Origin: the human T2T-CHM13v2.0 reference genome, Homo sapiens
Assembly: GCF_009914755.1 (NCBI RefSeq)
Contig: NC_060931.1
Strand: one strand, 5' to 3'
DNA length: 64,000 nucleotides
Below are positions 1 to 13,280 of this stretch, piece after piece. The stretch's first letter is position 1. Each line of letters opens with the position of its first letter. A program made the translations under genes and the position numbers. The notes beneath the pieces were generated by a model, which saw only the letters and a list, made by a program, of their open reading frames with translations, was not told where the DNA came from and did no database searches.

Positions 1-2343
1 CAAGGTTTGTGACAACCCTGCATCCAGTGAGTCTATGGGCATCATTTGTCCAACGGCACGGGCTCACTTTGTGTCCCTCTCTCATATTTTGGTAATTCTC
101 ATAATATTTAAAATTTTCAGTATTATATCTGCTATGGTGATCTGTGAATAGTAATCCTTAATGTTACTATTATAATTGATCTGGAATGTCCTGAAGCACA
201 CACACAGAAGATAGTGAACTTAAATGATAAATGTATGGGTTCTGACTGCCCCACTGGCTGGCTGTTTCTTCATCTCTATGCTTCTCCTCAGGCTTCCCTA
301 TTCCCTGACACACGATAATATTGAAATTAAGCCAAGTAATAGCCCTATAATGACCTCTAGGTGTTCAAGTGAAGAAAAAGCCACAAGCCTCTCACTTGAC
401 ATTAAAAGCTAAAAATAACTAGACTCAGTGAGAAGGCACAAATAAACCCAAGATAGTCCAAAAGCTAGGCTTCTTGCACCAAACAGTTAGCCAAGCTGTG
501 AATGCAAAGGAAAAGTTTCTCACAGAAATTAAGTGTGCTACTCCAGTAAACAACAAATGATAACAAAGTGAAACAGCTTTACTGCTGATATGGAATAAAT
601 ATTAATAATGTTAGAGGTCTGGATAGAAGATCAAACTAGCCACAACATTCCCTTAAGCCAAAGCCTAATCCAGAGCAAGGCCCTAATTCTCTTATATTTT
701 ATGAAGGCTGAGAAAGGAAGCTACAGAAGAAAAGTGTGAAGCTATCAGAGGTTGATTTATGAGGCTTAAGAAAGGAAACCATCTTCATCATATAAAAGTG
801 CAAGGTGAAGTAGCACATGCTTGCACTTCATAATATAAAGGTGCAAGGAGAAGCTGTAACAAGGTATCCAGAAGATCTAGCTAAGATCATTTATGAAGGT
901 GGCTACACTAAACAACAGATTTTTCAATGTATATGAAACATCCTTCTATTAGAAGAAAATGCCATCTAGGACTTCCATAGCTAGAGAGGAGAAGTCAATG
1001 CTTAGCTTCAAAGCTTCAAAGTACAGGTCTTCTTGTTAGGGGCTAAATGCAGCTGGTGACTTTAAGTTGAAGCCAATGATCATTTATCATTCCAAAAATC
1101 ATTGGACCCTTAAGAATTACACTAAATCTACTCTGTCTATGCTCTATAAATGGAACAGCAAGCCTGGATGACAGCATATCTGTTTACGACATGCTTTACT
1201 AAATATTTTCAGTCAGCCTTGAGATCTACTGCTCAGAAAAGAGATTCTTTTCAAAATATTACTGCTCATTGAGAATGGACCTAGTCACCCAAGAGCTCTG
1301 ATAGAAATTTACAATGTTTTTATGCCTGCTAACACAAGAACCATTCTGCAGCCCATTGATAAAGGAGTCATTCTGACTTGCAAGTCTTATTATTTAAGAA
1401 ATACACTTTATAAGGCTAAAGCTGCCATAAATAGTGATCCCTCTGATGGATCTGGGCAAAGTAAATTGAAAACCTTCTAGAAAATATTCACTATTCTAGA
1501 TGCAATTAAGATCATTCATGATTCATGGGAGGAAGTCAAAATATCAACATGAACAGGAGTTAGGAAGAAGTTGATTCGAACTCTCATGGATGACTTTGAA
1601 AGGTTCAAGACTTCAGTGGAAGAAGTAACTGCAGATGTAGTGGAAATATCAAGAAAACTAGAAATAGAAGTGGAGGCTGAAGATGTGACTGGATTATTAG
1701 AATCACATGATAAAACCTGAATGGAGGAGGAATTGCTTCCTATGAATGAGCGAAGAAAGTGTTTTCTGAGATTGAAACTACTCCTGGTAAAGATGTTTTG
1801 AACATTGTTGAAATGACAACAAAAGATCTGGAATATTACGTAAAGTTAGTTGATAAAGCAGCAACAGGACTTGAGAGGATTAACTCCAATCTTAAAAGAA
1901 GTTCTACTCTGGGAAAAAATGCTATCAAAAAACATTGCATGCTACAGAGAAATCTTTCCTGGAAGAAAGAGTCAATCAATGCCGCAAACTTTATTATTGT
2001 CTCATTTTATGAAATTGCCACAGTCACCCCAGCCTTTAGCAACCACCATCCTGATCAGTCAGCAGCTTTCAACACTGAGATAAGAACCTCCATCAGCAAA
2101 AAGATTATGCCTTGTTGAAACCTCAGGTGATTGCAGCAGTTTTAACAATAAAGTATTTTTAAATTAAGGTATATACATTTTTAGACATAATGCCATTGAA
2201 CATTTAATACACTCCATTATAGTGTAAATATAACTGTTATATGCACTGGGAAACCAAAAAATTCGTGTGACTCACCTTATTGCAATATTTGCTCTATTGC
2301 AGTGTTCTGGAACCAAACTTACAATATGTCTGAGCTATGCCTG
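1..2343 (+). mobile_element. Tigger1 DNA transposon (TcMar-Tigger), near full length; the first ~65 bp lie before the window
   Basis: Continuous similarity to the Tigger1 consensus from AAGGTTTGTGACAACCCTGC to the 3' terminus ...TGAGCTATGCCTG at 2343, followed by TA (2344-2345, the Tc1/mariner target site). Confidence 0.95.
350..2118 (+). pseudogene. Disrupted Tigger1 (pogo-like) transposase coding region and downstream Tigger1 frames
   Basis: ATG at 350 gives MTSRCSSEEKATSLSL, resembling the Tigger1 N-terminus MASKCSSERKS. Multiple stops and frameshifts follow. ORFs 1759-2118 and 1850-2083 are Tigger1-derived fragments. Confidence 0.85.
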
Positions 2344-4050
2344 TACACATATTCTAATTTTGTGGTAAATGTATAAAATTCTAGGAGAAAAAATAGCTTT
2401 GGAAGACTTTTAGCAAGTTAGTTTTATTTCATCTTTATCACATCAGAGGGCTAGGGATCATAAAAATGGTTGCAACTTTCTTATTACTTATATAGAAAAC
2501 CTTTAGCGGAAAGATTCAAAATGTCTATACGGATAATTATATATTTTTAATACATGATTTTACTTACCTCTGTGACATTTATTAAAGCTTAATGTTAATA
2601 TGTTTTATAAATCCATTGTAACTTCTTGTGGCAGTCTACATTTAGTCCTCACCCCTTACAGTCACTGAAAAATTTAGCCAAAAATAACTAATGCTACATA
2701 AGCATATGGCTCTATGGCATAATAAAAGGAAAATCTATGTCATCCATGGATTTCCCACTAGGTTTTGAAGCTCTGGCTTTCAAGAAAATCTTCTTAACAC
2801 TGTATTAAACACAACCATTAGTATTATCTTTGGAAAATCAAGCATTATTTAGACCATCAATCAAATTCATAGGAAAATCTCACAAACATTATCCCTAAAA
2901 TAAAAAAGCATTTAAGCACCTAATCATGCATGAAGCCCTCAGTGCTAAGAAAATTAATTGTATAGCTCTAGGTCATTGACCTGTAGTAGTTTTACAACCT
3001 GAAACAGATCATGTCCCTGTCCCTGTAGGTCTTGTGGTTAACAGAGAAGTAATAGTAGTCTTCAAGGAGTTTAGACCTTTACATGATTTCATGGGGAAAA
3101 ATTAGAATAAGTATCTGCAGGTATTTGGGACATTCCTTTGTTTTCTTGTTCAAGAATGAAACAACCAAAAATCAAGAGAAATTTATCTTTTCCATGTAAT
3201 CATGTGATAAATACTATAGAATAAAGGCAACTGGGCCTTCTCCAGTATGGAAATTTCCCGGTACTAGATGTAGTATTGTATGCAATGATGTACAGTCTTC
3301 CACAGATTTACCACCACAACTATCCACACCTAACCCCAGTATACAGAACAAGTATTCCCCCCTCATTGAATTTATCACTATTGCAATTAATTCATGGAGT
3401 ACTTTCTTCATTGAATGTTTAGTGTCTGTTTCCTCCTGTTTGTCCACAAACTCCATAATTCCTATTATCTACTTGCAAAGCTTAGCACATGGTAGTTGTT
3501 CTGTAAATGTTTCTGGAACAAAAGAAGGGAAGAAGAGTAAAAAGGAAAAAAGAGAACTCTGACCATAAAACATGACATATAATTAAAAGAAAAGACTCTC
3601 TAATATTCAGCAAATACAGAGCAGCTAGACTAACATTTAAGCACTTTGAAACCGTCAGTTGGCAAATTTAAGCCATAACCACTGACAGTTTCTCATTTCC
3701 TGAGAAAATGTAAGACACAAATTCTTAGCCTGCTTTAAACCTTAAAAGGTCCCAAAACATCCTTTTCAATTGTCCCATATCAAATCTGCCTCCCTTAACT
3801 GGTGCTGTCTTGGCTGCCTGGTTACTGAGCTGTAATCTCCTCATACCCCATTTTCTGAGAAGCCCTAGCTAAGTTACAATGATTGCCTGTATAAATTAAT
3901 CTCCACTGCAATAACAAAGGCAATCCTGTCAGCAGTTGACATTCTGGCTTTTAATTCACTGAACAACTTTTTGTTTGTTAATCAAAGCTGCATCTCATCC
4001 CATTGAGGATGTGATTTGTCTCTGCTTCTCTGGGTCGTGGTGTCCCTTAC

Positions 4051-4232
4051 GCCAGTGCTGCTCAAAATGTGATCCCTGGGCTAGCATTAGCACCTTCTGG
4101 GAACTCATTAGAAATACAGGCCTTTATGCTCAGTCTATTGAAACAGAATATCTGGCAACGAGTCCAAGGACTCTGTTTTAACAAGTTCTTCAGAAGATTC
4201 TTGTGTATGCTGACTTTGAGATGCATAGCTCT
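4051..4232. mobile_element. MER5A-like hAT MITE
   Basis: CAGTGCTGCTCAAAATGTGATCCC...CATTAGAAATACAG...TTTTAACAAG pattern typical of MER5. Confidence 0.75.
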
Positions 4233-4374
4233 ACACACTACTGTAATACTAGTCTGTGGCATAGACATTAGTCCCTCATACTTTCTTAGGTACAGTTTGC
4301 ATTAGGAAAACATGAATCAGCTAGCATAGACATTCCAGTACCCTCTCTCGCTATCCTGCCTCTTCACCAGCCTC

Positions 4375-4620
4375 CAGTGGGAGTAGTGACTTAAAGCATG
4401 CATTCTGGACTTGGATTGCTGGCATTTGATTCCCGCCTCTACTATCTGGTAGCCGTGTGACCTCAGGTGACTTATTCAATCTCTCTGTGCTTCAGTCTCC
4501 TCATCCATAAAAGGCAGGTAAAAGGAGTATCATCTCATATGGTTTTAATAAGAGTTGAATGAGTTAATATATATTTAGCTGCATAGAAAAATGTGACATA
4601 TACTAAGGGCTATATTTATT
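4375..4620 (+). mobile_element. MIR SINE
   Basis: MIR core GTGTGACCTCAGGTGACTTATTCAATCTCTCTGTGCTTCAGTCTCCTCATCCATAAAA. Confidence 0.85.
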
Positions 4621-6420
4621 AAGATAGATTTAACTGATTTAAAAAAGTTCTTGTTTTCTGTCCAAAGAGCATGATTATTTCACCCATCATCTTTGCTCTG
4701 GAAAACAAATCCATGTAAATGTCTCATGCAAGCTGAAATCTGGTCTTTATGACAGATACAACGGTTAGACTCTTTAAAAGCATTTTCCTAGTTTGAAGTG
4801 TGGGATACAGTATTATAATGGAAAAAAATACACCACTATTTCTTTCTTTTATGAATATATTTCTTACAAAATTAGTTATAAACATGCCATGTCTGTCATG
4901 AAATGCTGATACACAAAGATATTACTGGCTTTGCAAGGTATCCTCTTGTGTGATTCAAATATATACATTAAATTGTCAGGTGGCCTCCAAGAAGGAAGTG
5001 AAGGAAACCTCTACCAGGCTGATTTCTATTCTTGATAAAATAAAAATACAGGTAAGAACCCCATTATAATGAATTCCACTGGAACTTTAATTTGCTTTTG
5101 CTTTAATTAAATTTTGTTTTTGTGACTATATTGCTAGAAATCCTATCCCTAGTAAGTAGAAACTAGAGATGAAACCCATCTGATAGGTATCCTCTCTGGT
5201 ATGTATTAACAAGTGAAAAGGAATATTTTGAACCCACTTGGGAAAGAAAAAGGTTTAATGAGCTCACCACCTTGCACCCTTTTCTTCTCCAACTGCTGCT
5301 GGTCTGGTTTATCCTTAGACAGTGTTTTTAGGTCCTGTAAGCATGAACATGGGTGTATAATGTACTTGGCTCATTTTGGGTTTTGCTTTTTCTTTCTTTT
5401 CCTTTTTTTTTTTCGAGTAATGAGGAGAACTACAGTTGGAAAGGGGGAGAAAGAAAACTGAATGCCAATTGCTACTTAATTCTGTCAACATAAAGAATTA
5501 TTAGAGATTTTTAAACCCTTCTATTTCCCTCACTTCCCTTCCTTCATTAAAAGCAGTATATTTGGACATGGCTAGTAAAAGTGAAGAGGCATAAAAATAC
5601 CGAACAGGATCACTTGGAGGGAGAATATTTGTAACAAGAACATCAAGGCATTGGTGGTTTGGGCCACATGCAACTACATGGAAATCTCTTTATTTTCTGA
5701 AATGCTTATTTATGAGGAAAGGTTTATGTATGATTGACTGGTTCTGTGATATCCAAGTCTGTACCTCAAATTCCCTATTTAGGCTTTATTATTTCACATA
5801 TTTAAGATTCAGTACTAAGTTATATAGTCAATAATGGGTATTTGCCAAATATATGTATGTACGTATAAATAATATATATATGTGTTTTATAAGTAGTGTA
5901 TATATCAGTTTGATTCTCAACAGTGGATTCTTTAACTCTGAGTTTTCAGTTTCATTGGTGTTAATTACTGTTAAATGGAGCTAGATAAGTAAAATATTCT
6001 ATGTCTATCTGATTTAATCCGGATATTTAACTTCAAGCAATATGTCATAAGAAAATAAATTATAATGAGTAAAACAATATATACCTGAGTAGTCCCACTT
6101 TGATGTTATTTATGAGTGAAAAAGGAATATAAAGTTCTTGTCCAACAGTAAAGAGGTGACTTAGATTAACTACAGACAAACATGTAATGGGGCATTTGTG
6201 GTAATTAAAAATTATGCTTATGAATACTGTAAATCAGCATGGAAGCCAATTACGCTATAAAGAAAAAACTAGGTTACCAAATTGTTCATTTCATGAGACT
6301 AAAAAATGAGAGGTATATGAAAAAAAGATAAAGATAATACAAGATTAATAATGGCTGGATGTTGGCTTTTAAAAATTTCTGTATTTGCAATCTGTTTAGC
6401 TTTCATGACGAAAAAGCAGT

Positions 6421-6492
6421 GGCCGGGCACGGTTGAGGTCAGGATTTTGAGACCAGCTGGGCCAACATGGAGAAACCCCATCTCTACTAAAA

Positions 6493-6542
<50 letters not shown>

Positions 6543-6719
6543 TAGCAGGGCATGGTGGTAGGCACCTGTAATCTCAGCTACTCAGGAGGTTGAGACAGGA
6601 GAATCACTTGAACCCAGGAGGCGGAGGTTGTGGTGAGCCAAGATGGTGCCACTGCACTCCAGCCTGGGCGACAGAGCAAGACTCTGTCTCAAAAACAAAA
6701 AAAAAAGGAAGAAAGAAAA
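6421..6719 (+). mobile_element. AluS with a left-arm deletion and a (CA)n replacing the middle A-rich linker
   Basis: GGCCGGGCACGGT joined directly to TGAGGTCAGG; intact right arm; A-rich tail. Confidence 0.93.
6495..6541 (+). repeat. (AC)23 microsatellite
   Basis: Uninterrupted AC run inside the Alu linker. Confidence 0.98.
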
Positions 6720-7026
6720 AATAGTATTTATCTCAGTATAACTCAAAGATGAAGGCATTTCTTGTAAAACCTAGAGACTTACTAAATACCATGTGAAATG
6801 ACTGAATTAACACGGCTTAGATATTTTAATAGAACTTTGTATTATACCAAATGCAATTTTGTTATAAGAGGATTTGCCTTGAAAGATTTTTAAATGACAA
6901 GTATATATTTTTATAGTTTTTTACAATAATATGGTATTATGTGATGTTATATAGAATATAAGAGCTTACAAATTGTGAACCTATAAACTGTATTAAGTGT
7001 ATCCTGTTGATTTTTAATAAATACTA

Positions 7027-7224
<198 letters not shown>

Positions 7225-7240
7225 TCATTAAAAGTGGAGG

Positions 7241-7602
<362 letters not shown>

Positions 7603-8712
7603 CTAATCTGAGTAGTGTATATTTTCCATTAACATTACCATATGTCTTAGGAAATATTTTAAGTGAAATCCTCATTTTATAATTGTTTAATAAGTTTAGA
7701 TAAGAGATTTTAATCTAGAGTTTGTTTTTTCTGTGTGATTGAATTCATTGATTTCAAACCCAATTATATTAACAAATATAAGAATGCTAACAACACTGTA
7801 TAGTCTTTCAGTTTGCTATTCCATTATGACCAATTTTTATTTTCATATAAGTATGGTAAATGTAATTAATAAAATTGGACAATTTATATTCATGTAACTT
7901 AATTCTTGGAATACAGGACTCTTTATTATTACAGAGCACCATGACTGAACAGACCTTCTTGTCAATGCATTAACCCACTGTTTCTCTATAAGGTACAGCA
8001 AACTCTATGAAAGGAAAAGGAGGGGAGTAACTTTTCACAGTACTAAATAAAGATCTGTTGAACAAATAATTAATTTCATTTATCAGAATATTTGATAGAT
8101 TAAAATATAATTGATGAAAACTATTACTGTGAATGCCATGAAGACAGAATTTTCATTGTAGCGTTGTTTTATGGAAGCAATAAATTGAAAATAGTTTAAA
8201 TAGTCATCAAAATGAAATGGTAGTATAAATTATGGCATATCCTCACTATGGAATATTAAGCATGCAATAAAAAGGAATGAGTAGATATAATCTACTGACC
8301 TGGAAAGATGTCCATGATACATTATTTTTTACTTAAATAAAACCCAGCATCCTCCAGCCCATTATGCTTGGCAAGTTTCCATTTTAATTTAAAAATATGA
8401 TTATAGGGTATGTATTATTAATAGTAGTTACTTCTGAAGGTTGAAATTTGAGAGGTAAAAAGGAAACATTCCATTCTCAATTTTTAGAATTTTCAGCATA
8501 GTGTAATTACTGACAATTTTTGCTTTTTTGCATTATCTGAATTTTCTAAATTAAAATATACTGTTCTAATGATAAATTAATATCTGTTAATTAGAGAGCC
8601 TTTAAAATAAAGAAAAAACTTGAAATCACCTATAATTCTCCTGTGATAATTGCAAGAATTTATCACAGTGAATAATTTGGTTATCTTCTAGTTTTTTTTT
8701 CATAATTTATAT

Positions 8713-8900
8713 CCATGGTCTCAAACTTTTACAAGCATCAGAACTACCTAGAGGACTCTTTAACACACAGGTTACCTGTTCCCAGCCATAGAGTTTCTGA
8801 TGCAGTAAGTCTGAGGTGGGATCCAAGAATTTGAATTTCTAACAAGGTCTCAGGTGATGCTAATGATGCTGGCCTAGATACTATATTTTGAGAACTACTG
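8713..8900. mobile_element. MER5A-like hAT MITE
   Basis: GAGTTTCTGATGCAGTAAGTCTGAGGTGGGATCCAAGAATTTGAATTTCTAACAAG...GAGAACTACTG. Confidence 0.85.
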
Positions 8901-9759
8901 TTTGCTATATTAGGAGTATTCTATATTCAACATTATATATTTTTAGTTTTTACATTAAACCATACTATAAATATTTTCCATTTATATTAAAATTTCTTGA
9001 AAATATTTATTTTGCTTGATATTTTCATATAAATAGAGAACAATTTAACTCATCTTTTTTGACTCGTTGAACATGTGTGCTTTATTTTTATTTTCATAAA
9101 TAATTCTGAAATAAGACTTCTCATGCTAAAAATATCTAACTTCTTTGAATAATTTTATAAATGGGAAGTTATAAAATCTGTATCTTGGATTATGAACAGT
9201 TTTAGGCTCTTGTGATATATTGCCAAACTGTTTACCAGAAAGTTTGCACCAAACTGTAACAACAGCATATAAGACCATCCACTACTCCACACCCTCGTTA
9301 GCAAATTAATTGTTCTTAACTCAGCCTAAGGACTAACATTGTAGCTTGTCCAGTTTAACAAGGGAAATCAAAGGAGAAAATGCTGTTCAAATTTATAAAC
9401 AATTTTTATATTTGGCTAGTTCACAAATTTACCAATGTCAAATTATTGTACCATAGAATAAATTTATAAGAAGGTCTTATATGCCACAGTCAAAGAGGAT
9501 AAAAAAATATTTTTGACCTGTTAGAATGTGCATTAAAAGGAAATAGAGAAAAGGAGTGCATTCAATAGCTAAAAAACAAATCTTATTGGAATTTTTAAGG
9601 CTCTCGTTATTTTCTCCTCCCTACAATTTAAAGTAAATTTGATGTGTGGAAATAAACAAGTAGGGAAAAATCTGAAATGTGAATAAAGAGCACCAGCCCA
9701 AAATAACTTTGTGTAAGACTTGTCCTGTCTCACTGTTGGCACTGACAGATTTTAAAGAT

Positions 9760-9950
9760 ATGCCAGGTTTCCAATCTTTAGTCTTTCACTTATCTGGTAA
9801 CCTTGGGAAAATTACTGCTACTGTCTGTGCTTCAGTTTCCTCACGGAAAAAATGGGATAATAATTCTTGTACCATTGAATTCTTGCTGGTACTCAATAAA
9901 ATGTCATATTTAAAGCATATATATAGTAGGCAATCAATACAGGTAGTTAT
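9760..9950 (+). mobile_element. MIR SINE
   Basis: ACCTTGGGAAAATTACT...TCTGTGCTTCAGTTTCCTCAC..AAAAATGGGATAATAAT core. Confidence 0.75.
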
Positions 9951-10789
9951 TACTCTGTTTCATCCACCAGCTCTTGGAATACAGTAATCATTCAGTGAAT
10001 GAGTGGATGAACTAATAAGTTAATAAATACAGGTATAAATGGATAACTCTACCTCTAATGCAGCATCAAACAAAAGTTTTAGATGCTCTGCTTCCAGGCC
10101 CTTAGTCCAAGAAGACACAGTATAATGTATTATTACATTCCCTCAATTTCTTCCTGCACTCCCACATGGGAAGTCTTTGCTCACATCTTTTTTTTTATAT
10201 GGCACAACAAAACCTTCCCTCAGAAAGAGGCCAGGATGAATAAAAGGGTCCTGAGTGTCTGGAAAAGAAAAACATTCAGCAGAAATACCACAACATCTAA
10301 CCAGCCTTTCTTTCTTTCTTTCTTTTTTTTTCTTTTTTTGGATTAGCAGGGTATTTTGCTTTTATCCTTCTCAATGTGAATCCTGGTATTTCCCCCTGTA
10401 AGTGGCATTTCAAAGCTGACAGCTCCAGCTGTCCAGCCTTCCTCCCTCCAATGACTCATACCCAACAGATGGTGCAAATAGCTTGGCATCAATTCACTGA
10501 ATCAGTGTTGGGGGAAAAGCCTTGCCAGACGACTGATGGTTTCTTTGAAGTTGTTCATTCTGGCAACAATGCACAGCTAATAGAACAGCCTTGGCTGAAC
10601 AAAAAGATATGAAACTGATGTTTGAGAGAAAATCTGGAACATAGGGGTCTATATCTGTCACAGTGCTTGCAATTATTTTCTACCAATAATATCATTTTTA
10701 TTATTATTATCTACCAGAGCTATGTAATTCTCTCACTTGACATTCCTAATACTTGATATTAAAATAAGCCTATTAATCCTGCTCAAATA

Positions 10790-11010
10790 ACATTAGAAAC
10801 AACATTGGACTGGAGGTCAGTGCACCTAGATTCTAGTCTAAGTTCCACCTGAAACTTCTTGGATATTCTTAACCGAAACATTTTGTGCTGACCTTTAGAT
10901 TCTGCAGCTTTAAAATGGTGACAAAAATATCTTTCCTGACAGATTTACAAGGTGATTTTGAGAAACAGATAAAATAATGAATTCATAGGTGTTATGTAAA
11001 TAAGTTTTAT
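10790..11010 (+). mobile_element. MIR SINE (degenerate)
   Basis: TTGGACTGGAGGTCAG..CCTAGATTCTAGTC and TAAAATGG...ACAAGGTGATTTTGAGAA. Confidence 0.6.
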
Positions 11011-11074
11011 AAAATGTTATAAAGTTTAAAGTGTTATGAAGAACACTATACTGACCCCTCACAAAGAGGCATGA

Positions 11075-11377
<303 letters not shown>

Positions 11378-12519
11378 ACAGGCATGAACTCTTAAATGAG
11401 GATGGGTTTACGCAGGTATAAGCTCTCACCTTCCTGTATACTACTGTGAGAGCTATGACAGGATTGGAGAGACAATGAGTATCATAGAACCATGGACTCT
11501 CACCCACTCATTTTTACCAACTTCTCAACACACCTTAAAAGCATGTTAACTCCACAATCCCATAAAATTTGGTTAAATCTTGGATTGATCTTAAAATTCT
11601 TTGCATAATGTGACCAATTATAATAAATTAGATGGAATTAAAGAAAATTGTGATATCATCAAACCAGTTATTACAATTGAATAATAGATCCTAAACACAC
11701 TTTCATAAATAAAATAGTAGAATCCACAATTAAAGTTACCAGGAGACTGTAGCTTCCTGGATTAGAGATTTTCACAAATCCATCTCTGTATCATCACCAT
11801 GGTAGGAAGTCAGACTGAAATATGGATATGGGTATCTAGCTCCAAAGCACAACCCATATGGATTTCTCCTATATTAACCAATTTGTAGTATTACCTGACA
11901 GCTGGAGAAGCAGAATTATTCAAATAATTTGTTTCATTTTGCTTTTAATCCTTTGTATCTATATTTCCCAGAAACATTCTAGGGTGTTTTAAATAAGTAA
12001 ATATTCACAGTTCACAGAATCCAAAAATGCATTCAAATATCTACCACTCAAAAAAAAAAAAAAAAAAACGGCCCACCTAAAGCCTTTCTTCCTGTTTACT
12101 AAAACGAGTCTCTCATAATAACTATTTTCCGTTTTCCCTTTTCACTAAAACTTAGTTGACAGGAAAACAGATGATACTGACTCAAATGATAACCTAAAAC
12201 TCACTTCTAGTAATTCAATTTATTCAAGATTTCACTTATTTATTCCCATGTGCAAGATACCACTATCAAAATAATCTGTTTGAAACTGAAAGTAACAAGT
12301 TGTTAGTTTTCATTTGTCTTTCTAATGAATGTGAGTATACATAAGAGGCTTAGGTTTAGAGTTTGTTTGCCCATAAATGTGGCTAAAACTTTTTCTACGG
12401 TAGCTGTTTAAACTGAAAGAAAATTGTACTAGGTATCCATTAAAGTTTGATCAGAAAAACATATGCCACTGTAGACATTTTGAGCTTTCTCAGGAAATTC
12501 AGAGTTTCAAGGTTACAAG

Positions 12520-12760
12520 GAAGCTGCCACCAGTTATTTCATCTGCCTTCATCACCAAACAGGGGTTCCTGAGGAAGATGCCTCCAAATTGCAGGCAAAA
12601 TCCATGTCTGCCATCTGCTGATGCTCATGTGCCTGACCTGATGTGTCTCTTCTTTCCTATTTTGAATCTTCATGAAAGCCTCTAATTGGCAGAATATCAC
12701 TGGAATCCTGCAGGCCATGGAGTATGGGAACTGTAGTCTCCAGGCTTCCAAAATTCATAA
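12520..12760. mobile_element. Old ERVL-type LTR fragment (LTR33-like)
   Basis: CTCTAATTGGCAGAAT..CTGGAATCCTGC..GGAGTATGGGAACTGTAGT motif characteristic of LTR33/MLT1-type LTRs. Confidence 0.55.
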
Positions 12761-13049
12761 AACAGGACATTTTTCTGACAGGCCACCTCATCTCTTGTCA
12801 ACTGAACCAAAAGAGCCAAATCAAAGAGTACAAGGCAGTCCTCCTCTAAAGAGTGACGCGTATTGCCTTCTCAGTCACTGAAAACCCTTGTAAGAGCTCT
12901 AATTATGCCAGAAAATGAATTTTCATGAAGAGAATTTGTCATCAGCAGCAGCAGCAAGTATTTATTGCCACAAAAATGAGAGAAGCACAGTTATTGTTCC
13001 AGGAGCATACAATGCCTTAGTCGGGAAGATAAAACTTTATTATTTTTAA

Positions 13050-13280
13050 AAGTGTTGAGCACCAAATTCATGTCAGGGACTTGACTAAAGGCTTTTCGAA
13101 TTTCTTAAATCCTCATAACTTTTCTCTGATGTATTTATTGTTTGCTCTATTTAGCAGCTAAGAAAATTGAAATTCAAAGCAGTTAAGAGGAAATTGCCCA
13201 AGTCCTATCTACAGCATTGGTGCCAGACATACCCGGATTATGTCTGATTCCAAAGCTTTTGCTCTTTCTGCTACACAGTG
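13050..13280 (-). mobile_element. MIR SINE (degenerate)
   Basis: AATCCTCATAAC...AGAAAATTGAAATTCAAAGCAGTTAAG..TTGCCCAAG...GTCTGATTCCAAAGC. Confidence 0.65.

Noticed and set aside
1759-2118. Possible domesticated TIGD-like gene
   Set aside because: The transposase frame is broken by many stops and frameshifts; an ordinary decayed Tigger1.
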